From: Antechinus flavipes
Lineage: Eukaryota
DNA: 64,000 nt
Direction: 5' to 3'
Assembly (NCBI RefSeq): GCF_016432865.1
Contig: NC_067401.1
Coordinates: forward strand, 185,504,001 to 185,568,000
Within the stretch, counting starts at the first letter, position 1, and each line of letters starts with the position of its first letter. Shown here piece by piece: positions 47,490 through 60,897 of this stretch. A model generated the notes under the pieces. The model was not told the DNA's origin, searched no databases, and saw only the letters and a list, made by a program, of their open reading frames with translations. Both the position numbers and the translations under genes were made by a program.

Positions 47490-50400
47490 ATCAGATTCCC
47501 AGTTTTAATGGTTTCCCCACCACTAGGGTTCTGCTGCATGTAACCCCAGCTAGACTAAACACTCCTCAAACAGGTCTTGCCCCATATTTCCCCTTTCAAG
47601 TAGGCCAACCTTTATGGTTTCTGCAAACCATAGCCACTTTCAACACCTCCCCTTTTTTGAGGAAGCTCCTGTGATGAATTTCACTGAACCCCAATCTCTC
47701 CTCCCTTACCTTCTTAGCCTCTGCACGATTTGTTTGCGGTCATTTGGACATAGCTGGTTCCTTTCACTTTGGGAGTTGGGGCTAGGGCTCTCTCCTGAAC
47801 TGGATGAGGAAGATGCTGTCCTTTCACAGCACCAGCTTTGCTCTGTCTGATGTCTTCCTATCTGTCCTAGATCCCCTCTCTCCCACCACATAAAGATAGG
47901 CAGAGGAAAATTCTATGATTGGCAGGAGGGCTAGTGAGATGGTACAAACAATTCCTAATAACTAAAATATAGGTTGGACAAGATTATCTCCAAGGTCCTC
48001 TTCAGATTAGGGATTCTGTGCTTCTAAAGGGCAATGATAAGGTAGGTTGGGTCTGGAGGAGAACAGTTGAAGGATTATATAAAGGTTATTTGAAGGGACT
48101 GAGGCTTTTTGGCCTGAAGATGAGAAAGACTTGGGGAAGATGCTAGCAGTCTTCATGTCTTTCAAGTAACTAAGGAATTTTTTCAGCTCTGGAGAGGAGA
48201 GCTAGGAACAAATGAGTGAAAATTCCAAGAAAATTTAGGTTTTTTATGAAAATAACAATTACGGTTACCAGAAATAGGTTGGGCTGCCAAAAGAAGTGAT
48301 TCTCTCTCACTGGAGGCCTTCAAAGAAAAAGCTGGACAACTAACCTGGTCAGATATCTCATTGAAAAGATTCTCTCCCTAGTTCAGGAGTTAAACCAGAT
48401 GCCTTCTAAGCTCCCATCTGATTCTTGACATTCTGTGAAACTGGGTTTTCTGTTTTTGTGTTTGCTGGGAGCAGGTGGAAGCAAAGCTTGGGTACCTACT
48501 TCCTTCAGTCCCAGAATGTTTTTACCTTTCTCTGTAGTGCATTTCCCTCAATAGGAAACTCAGTCTCACTTCCCAAACCAGTCTCCCTCAGAGACCCATA
48601 TATGCACCACCCCCCCCATAGCAGGCATGACTAATAGTTAAACTTTTATATTTACAATAATTCTCTTCATCATCTTTTGCCAGGTTTAAAAATGTGTACA
48701 GAGCTGCTAGGGTAGGGGGTTTGTGGGCAAGGTGGGTAGGAGAGAGATGAAGACTTAGAGGAAAATTGGGGGCTAGGTGGTAGAATCCGTGGCTCAATTG
48801 TGGGATACTCCAGGTCCATACCAGTGCCCCTCTTGTGCCCCAAAGCTGTAAGCATATCTATTGGGTTTCAGGGTTAAGGTCCCTAGAATCTGAGTAACTC
48901 TCCAGAGAAAATGAGGGATTAAAAGGACCAGAAGGTGGATATGGTGAATGTCTATGAGGAAGAAGGCAAGTTCTAGGTCAGAAATTGGGGAGACAGGATG
49001 AGGTTTAGGTTTGGGGTGTTATTGGAAGGGCATAGGCTCCCTCCTGTCCCCAGCTGGTTTGGCACCAAATGCCCCCAAGAAATTGGAGGTGCTATTTTTT
49101 TCATTGTTTCCTCCAAAACCTTAAAAACTTTTGGTTATCTCCCTTTTCAATTCTTCCCCACTAGTGACTCCCAATTCTCCTTTTTTTAGAGTTTTCAAAG
49201 AAAAAAACCTTATTTCACTTTATCACTTTCAAATTCTTCTTGCTAATACCTCCTTCAGATACTTCTGGCAACCCTGGAATGGGTTTCCCTATTTCCCAGT
49301 ATCAGATCCCATGTAATCCCCACATTGTACTAGACCTCTGCTCCCTGCTGAAAAATCTATTTTCAGGTCAATTTCCAGTCCCAAATTCCCCACCCAGCCC
49401 AACCAAGGGCTCAAGGGATCTGAAGGAGAGGGTGGGAAAACAATTAAGTCTATCTTAGGCAAGGGGAGAAAGCAGAAAAAAAGAGACAAGAGGAAAAATT
49501 TAAACCATAAAAAGAGCTGAGGGAAGAGAGGGGTGGAGTGGGAGTGAGTGAGTGAGAGAGAGAGAGAGAGAGAGAGAAAGAAAGAGGAACTGAGGCAGAG
49601 AGAGATGGGTAGGGGCACAAAGTTAGGCCTTCTTATTTTTGTTTACCCTCCCCATATATCTCATCGGCCCCCAGAGCCTCCTCCCTCCCCCTTCCCTGGG
49701 AAAGAGTCCTTGGCACTTGGGGGTAGGGTCTGACACACTTCAAACCCTTAAGTTTGGCACAGATGAATGCTGGTAAGAGAGGTAGGGGGAGGACTGCCCC
49801 TTAGAACCTGGTCTGGGACTTTGGTCAAGCATGCATTGCCACCTTAGTCCCCATATCCACCCCAGCCACCTGTTGATTTCAGTATCTCCGTGAGTGGGAA
49901 GGGGTGTGTGTATCTCCTCCCCACCCCCTAGAATTTGTACAAAATAAAGGGCAACTTTATTATGTTGTCTGCAGCTAACTCCCCATGACTTCTCTTGGCC
50001 TTGAATTTCTTCTTATCCAATGTCCAGGAAGGAATTTGGGACTGGAGTCAGTTCATTGGGGATGAGGGTTGGAAATTGGGGGAGTCCTGGGCAGACAGAG
50101 GCATCCAGATGGAAAAACACACATCCACATGCAGTAACATGTCCACACAGGAAACTTACTTTCCCCATATGACATGTCCATATGGGAAACCGCATGTCTG
50201 ATGCTCACAAGCAGCATGGGTCCACATAGTTGCACTCTTTCCCCTCCCACCCAATGATAAGTCTGTGCCTACATGTGGAAGACTCATGCCTACACAGGAG
50301 AACATGCTTCATCAAAATGATGCCATTAGAAAAAACATGATTCACTGGGTGTCCCTGTGATCACCTTACCCTTCTTTCCTGGGTGTCAATCCTTGGATTG

Positions 50401-50913
50401 GTAGGCATTCCAACTTTACACTGACAGGTATAAAAATGCCTGTTCCCAAGGTTTCCTTTAGAGAGTAAGAGTTTCTGGGGTCCAAACCCTAGAAGGAATT
50501 ACCTTGAGGGGGGGGCAAAAAGTGTCCAGGGTGGCCCCCAAAATCCACTCTGAATGTGGGAAAACATGCCCCATTATAGGAAAATAGACCTCCATGTGAA
50601 AAAGCAGGCCTTAAATGTGAAAACACACTTCCTCACACCATAAGACCTGTGTCCCAGTAGGAAAAGTCATCCCACGACAAGTCTAAAGACTGATGTCCAG
50701 ATAAGAAATTGTATCTCCATGGGCAGAGTATGCACATCTTGATGTGAAAACTTGTGTCCACCTTAATAAGGTGTTTTGACATGCTTGGGTGGGCATCCCA
50801 GTACCCACAATTCTTCTCAACCCAACCCCTAGACTCCATGATCATTGTTGAGTCTCCCTTCCTATCTGGTTTGGGGAGAGCTAAGTGAGGTGCTCCGTCC
50901 CCCAATGCTGCCC

Positions 50914-51787
50914 CTATACCCGAGTGGTAGAATGGGGATGGGGTAGCGTGTTGTTGTGGCTGGCAGTGGTTGGGGGAGGCAGAGGGAAGGGCCCAAAAGG
51001 ATGGAGGGTGGGGGGCGGAGGGGGTGGAGGTGGACCTAAACCACTTGGCAGCAAGGTCAGGGCACCAGGGGCAAGGAGAGGCATGTCGTCTGGTGCCCGA
51101 CGAAGAGCAAGGGTATAATCAGGTGGGCAAGATGGGCGTAGAGTCTCTCCTGGATCTGCCCCTACACCTCCCCCCCGCTTTAGCTGCAATGACACCAATT
51201 CCTCCTCAGGTAGCTCCCGGCCAGCTGTGGGGAGTAGGGGGCCCCCACCAAGCCCTCCTGAGCCTGTGCCCCCAGGTGGGCTGAGCCGCCGGCAACGTAG
51301 CTCCTGTCGTCGGTCCCGCTTGTAGTACAGGGCAGCAAAGGCTAGGATGTTGAGGAAGAGCAGTGAGGCACCAACAGCCACAGTGACACTCAATTCTGTG
51401 GAGTAGTCCCGTGAATCCCCTGGGAAGCGATCATAGGCCCGGGGCCCTGGGTCTGGTTCAGGCTCAGGTGGAGTTGTGGCTGGTGGTGGGGGCCGGCGGG
51501 TACCCGTGGCTCCAGGAGGTGGGCGAGGGGGCCAGCGTGTAGCATAGGGTGGCAGGCGGGTGGTAGTGGATGTGATGAGTTCAGTGTGCAGATTGTGGAG
51601 GTGGGGTACCAGCTCTAGCCAGAAGGCCACCTTGTTGGCACGGTAGTTGTCTCGGACCCGGGGTTTGAGGCCTATATGCAGGTACTGCTTCTCCTTACTG
51701 TTGAACTTGCTCCACACGACCTCCTCAAAGCGGTTGGGCTTGGTGTGGATGAACTTGGTATCCTGGGGAACTGGCTGGTTGGGATCA
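50914..51787 (-). CDS. NLGN2: NLGN2 exon 7 (874 nt): stalk, TM helix, cytoplasmic tail
   Basis: cctgcag|T GAT CCC AAC; [30 protein letters not shown], gephyrin-binding [14 protein letters not shown], poly-Pro, PDZ ligand HSTTRV*. Confidence 0.98.
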
Positions 51788-52642
51788 CTGCAGGGATCGG
51801 GGAAGGAGAGTGGAGGAGTGAGATTTCAAAGGCCCAAAAAGAAAGGCAGTGAGAGAGATAAGAGATTTATCAAATGCAGAGATATGCACTGTGAGAAAAA
51901 TGTTGAAAAGAGAAAGAGATATATGGGAAGATATAGACGAAACCAAGGGAAAAATAAGCAGAAATATCAAAGCTAATAGAGATAGATGGACAGAAGTGGA
52001 TATAAAAGGACTGACAGAATCCAAAAACTTAGAGATACAGAACAAGAGAAAAGGGGAAGATTTAAAAAAAAAAAAAAGAAAGAAATATCAGCATAGCTGG
52101 TGGCAGAATAAATTGGGAAAGAGATATGGAGATGGAAAAGGAGGTAAAGTAAAAAGAGGAAAAGAAAAGGAAAAGGAACAGTGGTGAGTAGAGGAATTGG
52201 GAGAAGGTGAGTAAATCAGAGAAAGATGAGAAAAGAGGCAGAAACAGAATCAGGCAGATAAGAACAGAAAAAAACACATGAAAATGGATAGGTAAAGATT
52301 AAAACAGACACAGAAACACAAAGCCAGAGATGAGTAAAGAGGAAGAAGGAAACAGAGACAGAGAAAAATACATAGGGAGAATCATACGAGAGGATGAACA
52401 CTAAAAAGGGAATAGGCAGACAAACACAGGGAGACAGAAAAAGATAAGTGGAAGGGGAGAAAGAAAAAAAGGAGAAGTGAAAGGACAATAGTGGGGAAAG
52501 GAGGAAATAAAAGGGGAAGAAAAGTGATACACAGAAAAATAAAGAATAGATTCCACCATAGAGAGACATCCTGGACCTCCCTATCCCTTGTTCCTCCTCC
52601 AAAAGTGGACACCCTACCCTCCCTCTGCCTCCTCCCCCTCAC

Positions 52643-53239
52643 CCAGTCTTGGCGAAGTTGGTCCAGTAGGTCATGACAACAGCGCTGAGCATGACATCAT
52701 TCTTGGAGAAGTTGCAGGGAAAGAGATCCGTGGCACCCACCATGGGCACCCCAAACACGTAGGGCAGCTCATCACCATGAGCTGCATCAGCCCACTCAGG
52801 CCTGCCCTCTGCCTGGCAATGATGGTAGAAAGTATAGAAGTAGACAGGTGATTGGTAATCAGCATGAAGCTTTGCGGTAGCCACGGCTGGAGCCACCCAC
52901 TGGTGGTCAGTAAAGAGAGCTAGGAGTGTCTTCCGCCTCATTTCACCATTGTCCCGGTCAGCCCAGTCTGTGTACATGAATTTGATGGTTTCTCGCAGGA
53001 CATCCTTGCCCTCAGGATAGCCATAGAGGTTGTCCACAAAATTGGAGACTGTGAAGTCAAAGGCGCTAGCTGACACACCATCCTCGCTCTCGGCTGAATC
53101 CTCCACAAACTTCAAGCCCTCACCTTGGTTGACACCAATCAGCATGTCATAGTTGAGAAATTCACCCTGCTGCATCAGGATCTCTGGGTCATCTGGGACC
53201 ACGTCACCATCCACCACTGGACCAAAGGCAATGTGGTAG
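52643..53239 (-). CDS. NLGN2: NLGN2 exon 6 (597 nt)
   Basis: ttctag|C TAC CAC ATT...AAG ACT GG|GTGAG; [21 protein letters not shown]...WTNFAKTG. Confidence 0.98.
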
Positions 53240-53379
53240 CTAGAAGAAGAAAGCCAAGACTAGTCTTTAGGAAGATTCTAATCCCTCCTAAGCTGGTGAG
53301 TCCACCAGACCACCAACTCTTCTGAGATCAAATGCTACAGGCTCTTTCTAGGATTCTTATCGTTTAAACATATACTATA

Positions 53380-53700
53380 TACTCCATCTATTGACTCTTG
53401 GCATTTTCACTTTCTCTTACCTGGAATTCCCTGTCCTAGCTTATGCGGCTTCCTTCAAGTCCCAGCTAAAATTTTACCTTCTACATGAAACCTTTCCTAT
53501 TCACCTTAATTCTAGTTCCCTCCCTCTATTATCTCCAATTTATCTTGTACATATTTTCTTTGTACATAGTTGTTTGCATACTATCTCCTCCATTGGATTA
53601 TAAACTCCTTAAGAGTAGGAATTGTCTTTTATCTTTTTTTGTATTCCCAAAATGGTCCTTTAGCCCAATACCTGGCACATAGTAAACACTTGATAAATGT
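53380..53700 (+). mobile_element. L2 3' end in NLGN2 intron
   Basis: cttccttcaagtcccagctaaa...aaactccttaagagtagg...cctggcacatagtaaacacttgataaatgttt. Confidence 0.75.
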
Positions 53701-53773
53701 TTATAAAGTAACTAACTGGATGAGTCCTGTCCCCCCAGACCCTGGGAACCAGGAGCACTGGACTCCCCCATAC

Positions 53774-53966
53774 CGAGCTGGTTGCACATCCTGATCAACA
53801 AGCTCTCGAGAAGGTTTTCTTCGAAGACATTCCACAACCTCAGCATTTTCTTCCTGGTTACAGCCTACCTTGGCTGCCAACAGTTGTGTGTACTTGAGTG
53901 GCTGGTAGTTTACAGACCAGCTGGAAATGGCTGTACCACTCTGGGCAATGGCTTTCTGGAACAGTC
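53774..53966 (-). CDS. NLGN2: NLGN2 exon 5 (193 nt)
   Basis: caccag|GA CTG TTC...GCT CG|GTATG; [23 protein letters not shown]...DVQPAR. Confidence 0.98.
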
Positions 53967-53993
53967 CTGGTGGTGAGAAGTAGGGAAATGCAG

Positions 53994-53995
<2 letters not shown>

Positions 53996-54044
<49 letters not shown>
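53996..54044. repeat. (CA)n microsatellite near the exon 5 acceptor
   Basis: ~24 perfect units. Confidence 0.97.
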
Positions 54045-54047
<3 letters not shown>

Positions 54048-54325
54048 GAAGGACTGCAGTGGATGAGGGAGCTCTGCAGCACTCACAAGCAGCAGGGATG
54101 GGACTAAAGAGACATATTTAGGACTTCTTAGAAGAACTATTTGCAGCTCAGCTAGGGGAGAAGGAGCCAAGAAAAAGGAGGATGTCCCCCAGGGAAATTC
54201 AAATGGGATTAAGGAGAACAGAACAGTGGAAATCTTTGGAGAGGGGAATCAGAAATCCCTGGGATTGGCCTAGGAGGGATCAGGGATGAAGACACCTGGG
54301 TCTCCCTAAAACAACATTCCAGTAC

Positions 54326-54511
54326 CTTCAGAATGATGAGAGAGAATAAGCAGGTTAACACATGAGGCTCCAGCTCCAGAGCCAAAGATGGTAATTCGCT
54401 CTGGGTCACCTCCAAAGTGCCCCACGTTTTCACTGAGCCAGCGCAGTGCTTGGATCTGGTCGAGGAGCCCATAGTTACCCTTGGCAGCCTGGTCCCCTGT
54501 GCTGAGGAACC
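54326..54511 (-). CDS. NLGN2: NLGN2 exon 4 (186 nt)
   Basis: ccccag|GG TTC CTC AGC...GAA G|GTACT; [25 protein letters not shown]...GSGAGASCV (esterase nucleophile Ser replaced by Gly, as in neuroligins). Confidence 0.97.
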
Positions 54512-54762
54512 CTGGGGCAGGGTCAGAGGGTAGGGAAAGAGGGAGATCTCAGGGAGGTGATAGTATCCCCTCGACCCTTCCTGGGAGAAACCTCATCCGC
54601 ATCCCAGGTGACTTAGAGCAAACCCACCAGCCATCTGGCTACCTACAGCCTTTCTGGGCCAGAACATCCCAACCCTGCCCTCCCTTCCTCCTTCCCTCAC
54701 TGTCTCCTCCCATACAGCCTTAGCAAATCCTGCTCTCGATCCCACGGACATCCCGCCCTCAC

Positions 54763-54912
54763 CGAGCACACCGAGCCGGTAGTTGAGCGTGACCACAATC
54801 ACGTTGCCATAAGCGGCCAGGACGGAGCCGTCAAACATGTTCCCCGTTCCCTCCATGTAGGAGCCCCCGTGGAGGAACAGCATCACCGGCTTCTTCCCCG
54901 AGTCCCGGATGT
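54763..54912 (-). CDS. NLGN2: NLGN2 exon 3 (150 nt)
   Basis: ctaccag|AC ATC...CTC G|GTGAG; [38 protein letters not shown]. Confidence 0.97.
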
Positions 54913-55812
54913 CTGGTAGGGGCGGAGCCACAGCGAGGGGTGGGGTCAAGGAGGAGCCGCGGGGATGAGGTGGGTTCGAGGGTGGAGCCACATTGAAAGG
55001 AGGGGTAGAGGGCAAAGACATAGTGAGCAGCCAGGTAGGGACAGAACCACGAAGAGGGGTTGGGTCACGGAGAAAGTCGGGATCGAGGAAAGAAACACAA
55101 GAAAAAAGGGTGTGGGGAGTATATGAGAGACTCCAAGAGAGGGGCAAGGTGAACACAGGTGTTTTAGGGAAGATCGCATTGCATTTGGCTCATAATCCTA
55201 TGTCAGAGGGTGCGGGCTAATTAAGAGGAAAATAGTTCTTTTTCCAGAAAGGCAGACAGAACAAGAGATGCTGGGGCCAGAAGAGTGGGTGAAGTGTAAA
55301 ACAAGACCACAGTTACCCTCCCTGGAGGGCCCTTAGTCCCAGAGAGAACAAGGTGGCCCTTTGAATAATAGGGACCCCAATAATGGATGCACAGCCTCAG
55401 ACCAGGCAGGTGATCCTGATTCTACCCCTGCCCAAATCCAGACTTGGTTCTTTGTGCCTTGCTAGTTTTCTCCTACCTGAAGGGTAATCATGTAATCCCA
55501 TTTCTACGGAAGAGAATATCTCTATATCAGAAGGTCTACCACTTCATGCATGGCCTACCTAACCTCTCAACATAATTTGTATCCCTCAAGTACCCTCTCC
55601 TCATTTCTAAAGGAACCCTTGTTATTAAAATGGAGCAGACCCTTTTGAGATGGGTAAGAGAAGTTACAGGATGTTCATTTCCATATAGGCCTCAGCCTTC
55701 TACTGTTCCTTCAGGAAAATGCAAGGCTGGAAGAGAAGGGTGTCAGGTTCTTGGGTTCTTGGGGGAGGGTCAGCCTCCTCCTCACCCTAATTACTTTCTA
55801 GGGCATCTCTTA

Positions 55813-55826
55813 GTTGTCATGGCAAC
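55813..55826. promoter_or_regulatory. RFX X-box (intronic)
   Basis: GTTGTCATGGCAAC, one mismatch from the palindromic GTTGCCATGGCAAC. Confidence 0.6.
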
Positions 55827-57836
55827 ACCCCCAGCCTAATTAGTTTGGCTGAGGGAATGTTGGGGAGAGGATATGAATGGGCTAGTGAAGTCACCCAGCA
55901 CCCAAACTTCATCAAAAACTCATACTCTCTACATATCTCCTATGGGATAATATATCAATCAATTTACATATCATAAAGTGCTATGATTCTTCTTCACCTT
56001 CCATCTCAAAGGGAATTGGCTAGAGCCTAAGAACTTTAATTCTTCCCTCCACTCTAGGGATCTCTGAGATTTGGTTATCTTGCAAATAGAAGGGATCAAT
56101 TTAACACCAGGAGATTGATTTCTATTCTTTACTCCTCAAAGTTATACAAGCTAACAATCAGGATGGAGGTGACTGTTATCTACTTCTAGGACATCTGCCA
56201 GAAAAACCCAGGAGCTTTCTCAAATCCTTAGTGCCCTTACCTATATCACAATTCTCTAACATGCTCTTCTCCTTCCTGCAGAAACCCCATTCTTCCCCAG
56301 GATCTTGATACTCAAAAAAAAGACACTAAGTCTCTTAAACTTAAACTTCACAAGTCTGACATACTTGCTACCACAAATTTTTATCTACTTGCTTTCTTAG
56401 GTCTCCTTGTTAAAACTTCATCCAATTCCTAAAGTGCACTTCCTAATATAATTTCCTAATCATCTTCAACAAATTGTGGAAACATCTTCCACCTTGCTCT
56501 TGGACAAGACTGAACCATTTCTCATTATCTATACCGTCCTTTGTCTTTTTACCTCCCCTCTCCCAATTCTTCATTCTAGGTCAGAGAAGCATAGAAATGT
56601 CAGAGCTGGAAGGGACCTTAGAAACATCTTCTAATTAAACGATTTATTTCAAAAGAGGAAGCAGAGGCCCAGAGAAGTAACTTTTCTATGTCCACACTGG
56701 GTGTGAGTTAGTGGTAAAAACTACAACTCAGGCCTTCTGATTCACATGTCAATGTTCTTACTAATAAGACTTTCCTGCTTTTTCACTTGCTTTCTATCTC
56801 CATCTCTCCCAACTATACAACATTTCCAATGAAGAACACAAACCCTCCCATCTACCCATCTACCATCTACTATATCACAGGATAGTTTCTTTAAATCAGT
56901 TACCTTCTCTTAAAAACCACATCTGTACCCTCTGTTCCTAGTGCTCATCCCCTCTCCCCAACATGCCCTCCCCAGCCCAGCACCACCACTCTCCCAGTGT
57001 GGGGGGAAAGGGGAGGCAGAGGGGTGCAAGGCAGGGCAGGGAAGGGTAGAGGCAAGGGGCAAGAAGAATTCAAAAACAATAATGACAACAAAAAAGAGAT
57101 CAAGAAAGAAGAAAGAAAGAAAAAAAAAACCCCAAAAGCAAGAAAATTGTGGGCCAGATTCAACAAGAAAAGAAAAAACAAAAACTTTTTTGGGGGGGGG
57201 AGAAAAAGAAAAAAATTATTTTCATTTTCAAAATTTTGCAGCAAAATTTGGGTCCCGTTTATAAAAAGTTCCCACTTTTTATGATTGTTTTCAAATGTCA
57301 CTGTTATCTGAATCTCACTTATTCTCCAGTACTTCAAATTGTGTCAGTTTCTATTTTCTTAAAAAAAATTATCCATTTCCCCCAAACTCTCCCTAATTTC
57401 CAGTTTTTCCAAATTTCCCACTTGACTCCAAATTAAATCCCTCTAAGGTTTTATATTTCTAAAGATGTCTAAAGTACCAAAGTTTTGCCAGTTTCTTTTA
57501 AACTCTAAAAATATTCCAATTTTCTTGATTCTTTTCATGACCCTAACACTATAATTTCTTTCGATGGTCTTTCATTAAAAATCTTTAAGAAATTATTTTT
57601 ATCCACATTTTCAACTGGATCTAAAAACTTATACAATTTTCTTTTTTTTTTGCAAATAAAAAAAAAAAAACCCTTGCTCATAATCCTTTCCTTTCCTCTC
57701 CTTTCCTCTCTGTATGTATGTGCATGTCTGACTATAAAGAATGATTGTAAAGGGACCTTAGGAACTATGAGATTTTAGTCTGGGTAGTTTTGGGTATGAT
57801 AGGCCAGGGATCCTGTGATGTCATTGTCGGCAACCA

Positions 57837-57842
57837 CATGCA
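57837..57842 (-). promoter_or_regulatory. RBFOX element UGCAUG downstream of NLGN2 insert-A exon
   Basis: TGCATG on the transcript strand ~25 nt after the donor. Confidence 0.6.
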
Positions 57843-57866
57843 GCAGCGGCATTTTAAAAAATCTAC

Positions 57867-57923
57867 CTGTGTCTGGCGGGGGCGGATTGAGCGTCGACTC
57901 GTCACGTTTTTTTGTGATCGGAC
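57867..57923 (-). CDS. NLGN2: NLGN2 exon 2, alternatively spliced insert A (57 nt)
   Basis: gtcttag|GT CCG...ACA G|GTAGAT; GPITKKRDESTLNPPPPDT; frame-preserving. Total CDS 2499 nt = 832 aa. Confidence 0.93.
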
Positions 57924-60675
57924 CTAAGACCGGGAACACAAAACAGAGAAAAAAGGACAATTTTGTGGGGAAAGATGGGGGGTGGGTCGGGGAAGTAGTG
58001 GATGGGGGGGAAGGAGAGAAAGCAGAAAAGAGGGTGGGGTGGGAAAGCAGGGGGGAAAAAACGAGCCAAAAAAGCAAAATGTGTTTGCAAGAAAAAGAAA
58101 CCAAGAAAAGATAAAAATGCTTCTACATCCCAATTTTGCTCCCCCCACCTCGGGAAAAAAAAACACACCCAAAAAAGGCTGTTTATTCTTTTTTGTGGGA
58201 GTGGGGTTGGAGGGGGCAGGTGTGGCTAGGCCTGGGGTGGGAGGTAAGTGGGTGGGCTTAAACCTGTCATAAGAGATATGTTGCATTTGATTGGAAAGGA
58301 TTTGTTTCTTTCAGTCTGTTGGCTCATTGCTGGAAAATTAAATGATGTTAGGAGATGGGGCAGGAAGGAAGGGGGAGTTCTGCCTAGGAGACCCTGCTCC
58401 TTATCACCCTTCCCACTCTGCAAATGATAATGTCACCTTTTTCTTTCCTTTCCCAAGTTGAATAGGTATAGGGAAGGGTAAAGTAAAAGGAAACCTAAGC
58501 ATTTCTCTTCAAGAGATGGAAGGCAGGAAGCATGACCCTGTGCCCTCTGTACCACTTGCCCAAGGTTGTTAGGGTTCAGGTCAGCAACAGTTTTACTTCT
58601 AGCATTTCCCTTCCTTCCTGACTCACAAGCCTGGTTTCTCCAACTTCATAGCCCCAGCGCAAGTGCCCCTTTCTTCAAGAGCCCTCTCTTCAACTCAAGG
58701 TGGGATAAACAGAAAAAATGGATAATCTAAGTTTTGTCCTCCCTGTACCATTCCTTTACTTTCTCTCAAGGATTTAAGCCATTCCTTGGGGTACTGTACA
58801 GTTTACCCTCTTCCAAGATACTGCTCTCTTCAAGGAGAAAGTGGAAATTGCCTACTGGAATAGTCCATAACCCTAGACTTCATACCCAACTTTCCAACCC
58901 CATCAACTGTGTCATTCCCAAACCCCACACTCTCAGAGACCCAGATCTGGAAGATGAAGGGGCCTTTTTGTTCTGGGAGAGAGTGCATGGAATGAGAGAG
59001 GTATAGCTCCAGAGAAGAAAGGGGTGGGAATAAGGACTGGAGAGGAATAGAAACCAGGATCCCAGCTCCCAGGGAAAGCCAATCATCTAGCACCATGATT
59101 CATGGGCTAGAGACCACAATTCTGGGCAGATTTCTTGAACTTAAGAAAAAAGTATTCTCTGGTGATGGGACAGGGGAGATGGGTCCTACAGAGTAGGACT
59201 ACTTCTACAGGACAAATAAGTTTGCTTTAGAATAGGAGTACGTCAGTGAAATACCTTTTGGAGGAAGTACAATTTCTGGGTCTGAGTGATATTGTGGAGG
59301 CAAAGAGAAATTTTGAGTGATAAACTGTGAAGTATTTATGAGATAGATTGTTCATGGGAGGAAGTTGGGATACGTTAAAGGAAGTTTTGGTACAAGATGT
59401 ATAGTTAAGGTTGGGATAGTTTGTAGTGTCTAGGCGGTAGGATTGTATGTTTGGAATGGTAAATTATGAGGACATTGGAGATATTCTTATTGAATTGAGA
59501 ATAATGGAGATAAACTGCATATATGTATATGAAGATTATTAGTGGTAGATTGTGCAGGGGGCATTTGTGTGCGAGAGGATTGATGGATATTATGGGAAGC
59601 AATGTTGAGGGGTAAGTTATATGGGCCTATGGTTTAAGTGGAAGATTGTGTGTCTTTGTAGGGACTCTTTGCTAGGATAAGCTAGGGATTCTTTGTGTGG
59701 GTATGAGATATTATAGGGATAAATTGTGTATGTGACGAAGTGGATTATGGAGGTAAGTAGTATGTTTATTGCAGATGAAGGGATTATTTATGTGCTGGGA
59801 AATATATGCATGTCTGGAAAGTGTTAAAGTAGATTTGTGGACTTAGGGGAATATGGAAATAGTTTTATAGGGAACTATGATATATGTTTGAGGAGATATA
59901 AGGGTATGCTGAATATGGGGGAATGTGGAGAATAAATTGGACTTCCATCACAGGTAGTATGGGGTGGGGGAAGGGATTGTCAAAAATAGCTTGTGTACTT
60001 GTATAGATGATATGTAAGAATTGGGGTGCTTTGTGTAAGGAAGTTAAAAAGCATTTAAGGTCTTACTCTGGCTATTTCAGGACTGGATTGAATAAAAAGC
60101 ATTTAGAGAGTAAATTATGAATGTTCAGATAGGGGTTAGTGGGGTTTGGCCCTATGACATATGGTATTTAGAGGGTATTTTCTGCTTCCTTGATAAAGAG
60201 GGTACTGAAGACTGATTTCTTAGCTCAGGTATTTTATTTTAAAGGTAATATAAGTGCCTGGTAGGAACTGTCTGATTTTCAGAGGGCTGTTTAATTTTGG
60301 AGTGGGTAAGTAGTTCAGAAAATGCCTATATCCTTTAGGAATATTTGGTTAGGCAAGCAGGACAGTTGGAAGCAGGTAAAAGAGGAAGGAGAGGGAAATG
60401 GGGAAGGAGAGCCATAGGAGAATTTCCTCAAATAGAAAAATTATCTTTATCAAATAGTTTGGTTTTCTCTTTAGGACAATAGAGAGTCCAAATGGAATAT
60501 TTGCTTATGAAGCGAGTATATATGATGGTGTGGGGCATATAAGTATAATATGTTCTGGGAGTGCTGAAGCATACATACATATATACATATATATAATATG
60601 CTTTGATAGTTTCTGATCATGTATGGGAAATGTTTGCATGTATTTTCTGGGATAAGGATGTGGTGTAAGAAGAGG

Positions 60676-60698
60676 GAGACAGAGAGAGAGACAGAGAA

Positions 60699-60766
<68 letters not shown>
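60676..60766. repeat. (GA)n microsatellite
   Basis: Interrupted GA run in NLGN2 intron 1. Confidence 0.95.
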
Positions 60767-60769
<3 letters not shown>

Positions 60770-60897
60770 TGAATGAGAATTATTTGCCTGGATGAATAAG
60801 TGCCTGTGGGTGGAATATGGGATCTGTATATGAAGGGGCATGTGTATGTCAGACTTAGGAAAGGGGGCAGACTTGTACCACCAGTCTCTGCCCTTAC

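Noticed and set aside
51785-52642. Long hydrophobic and Lys/Arg-rich ORFs (86-128 aa)
   Set aside because: Artefacts of the purine-rich low-complexity NLGN2 intron 6.
54913-55156. In-frame open extension upstream of NLGN2 exon 3
   Set aside because: Pyrimidine-rich intron ending in a canonical acceptor; no neuroligin similarity and NLGN2 has no such insert.
56941-58423. Cluster of short ORFs around the insert-A exon
   Set aside because: Low-complexity A/G-rich intronic sequence; only the 57-nt exon is coding.
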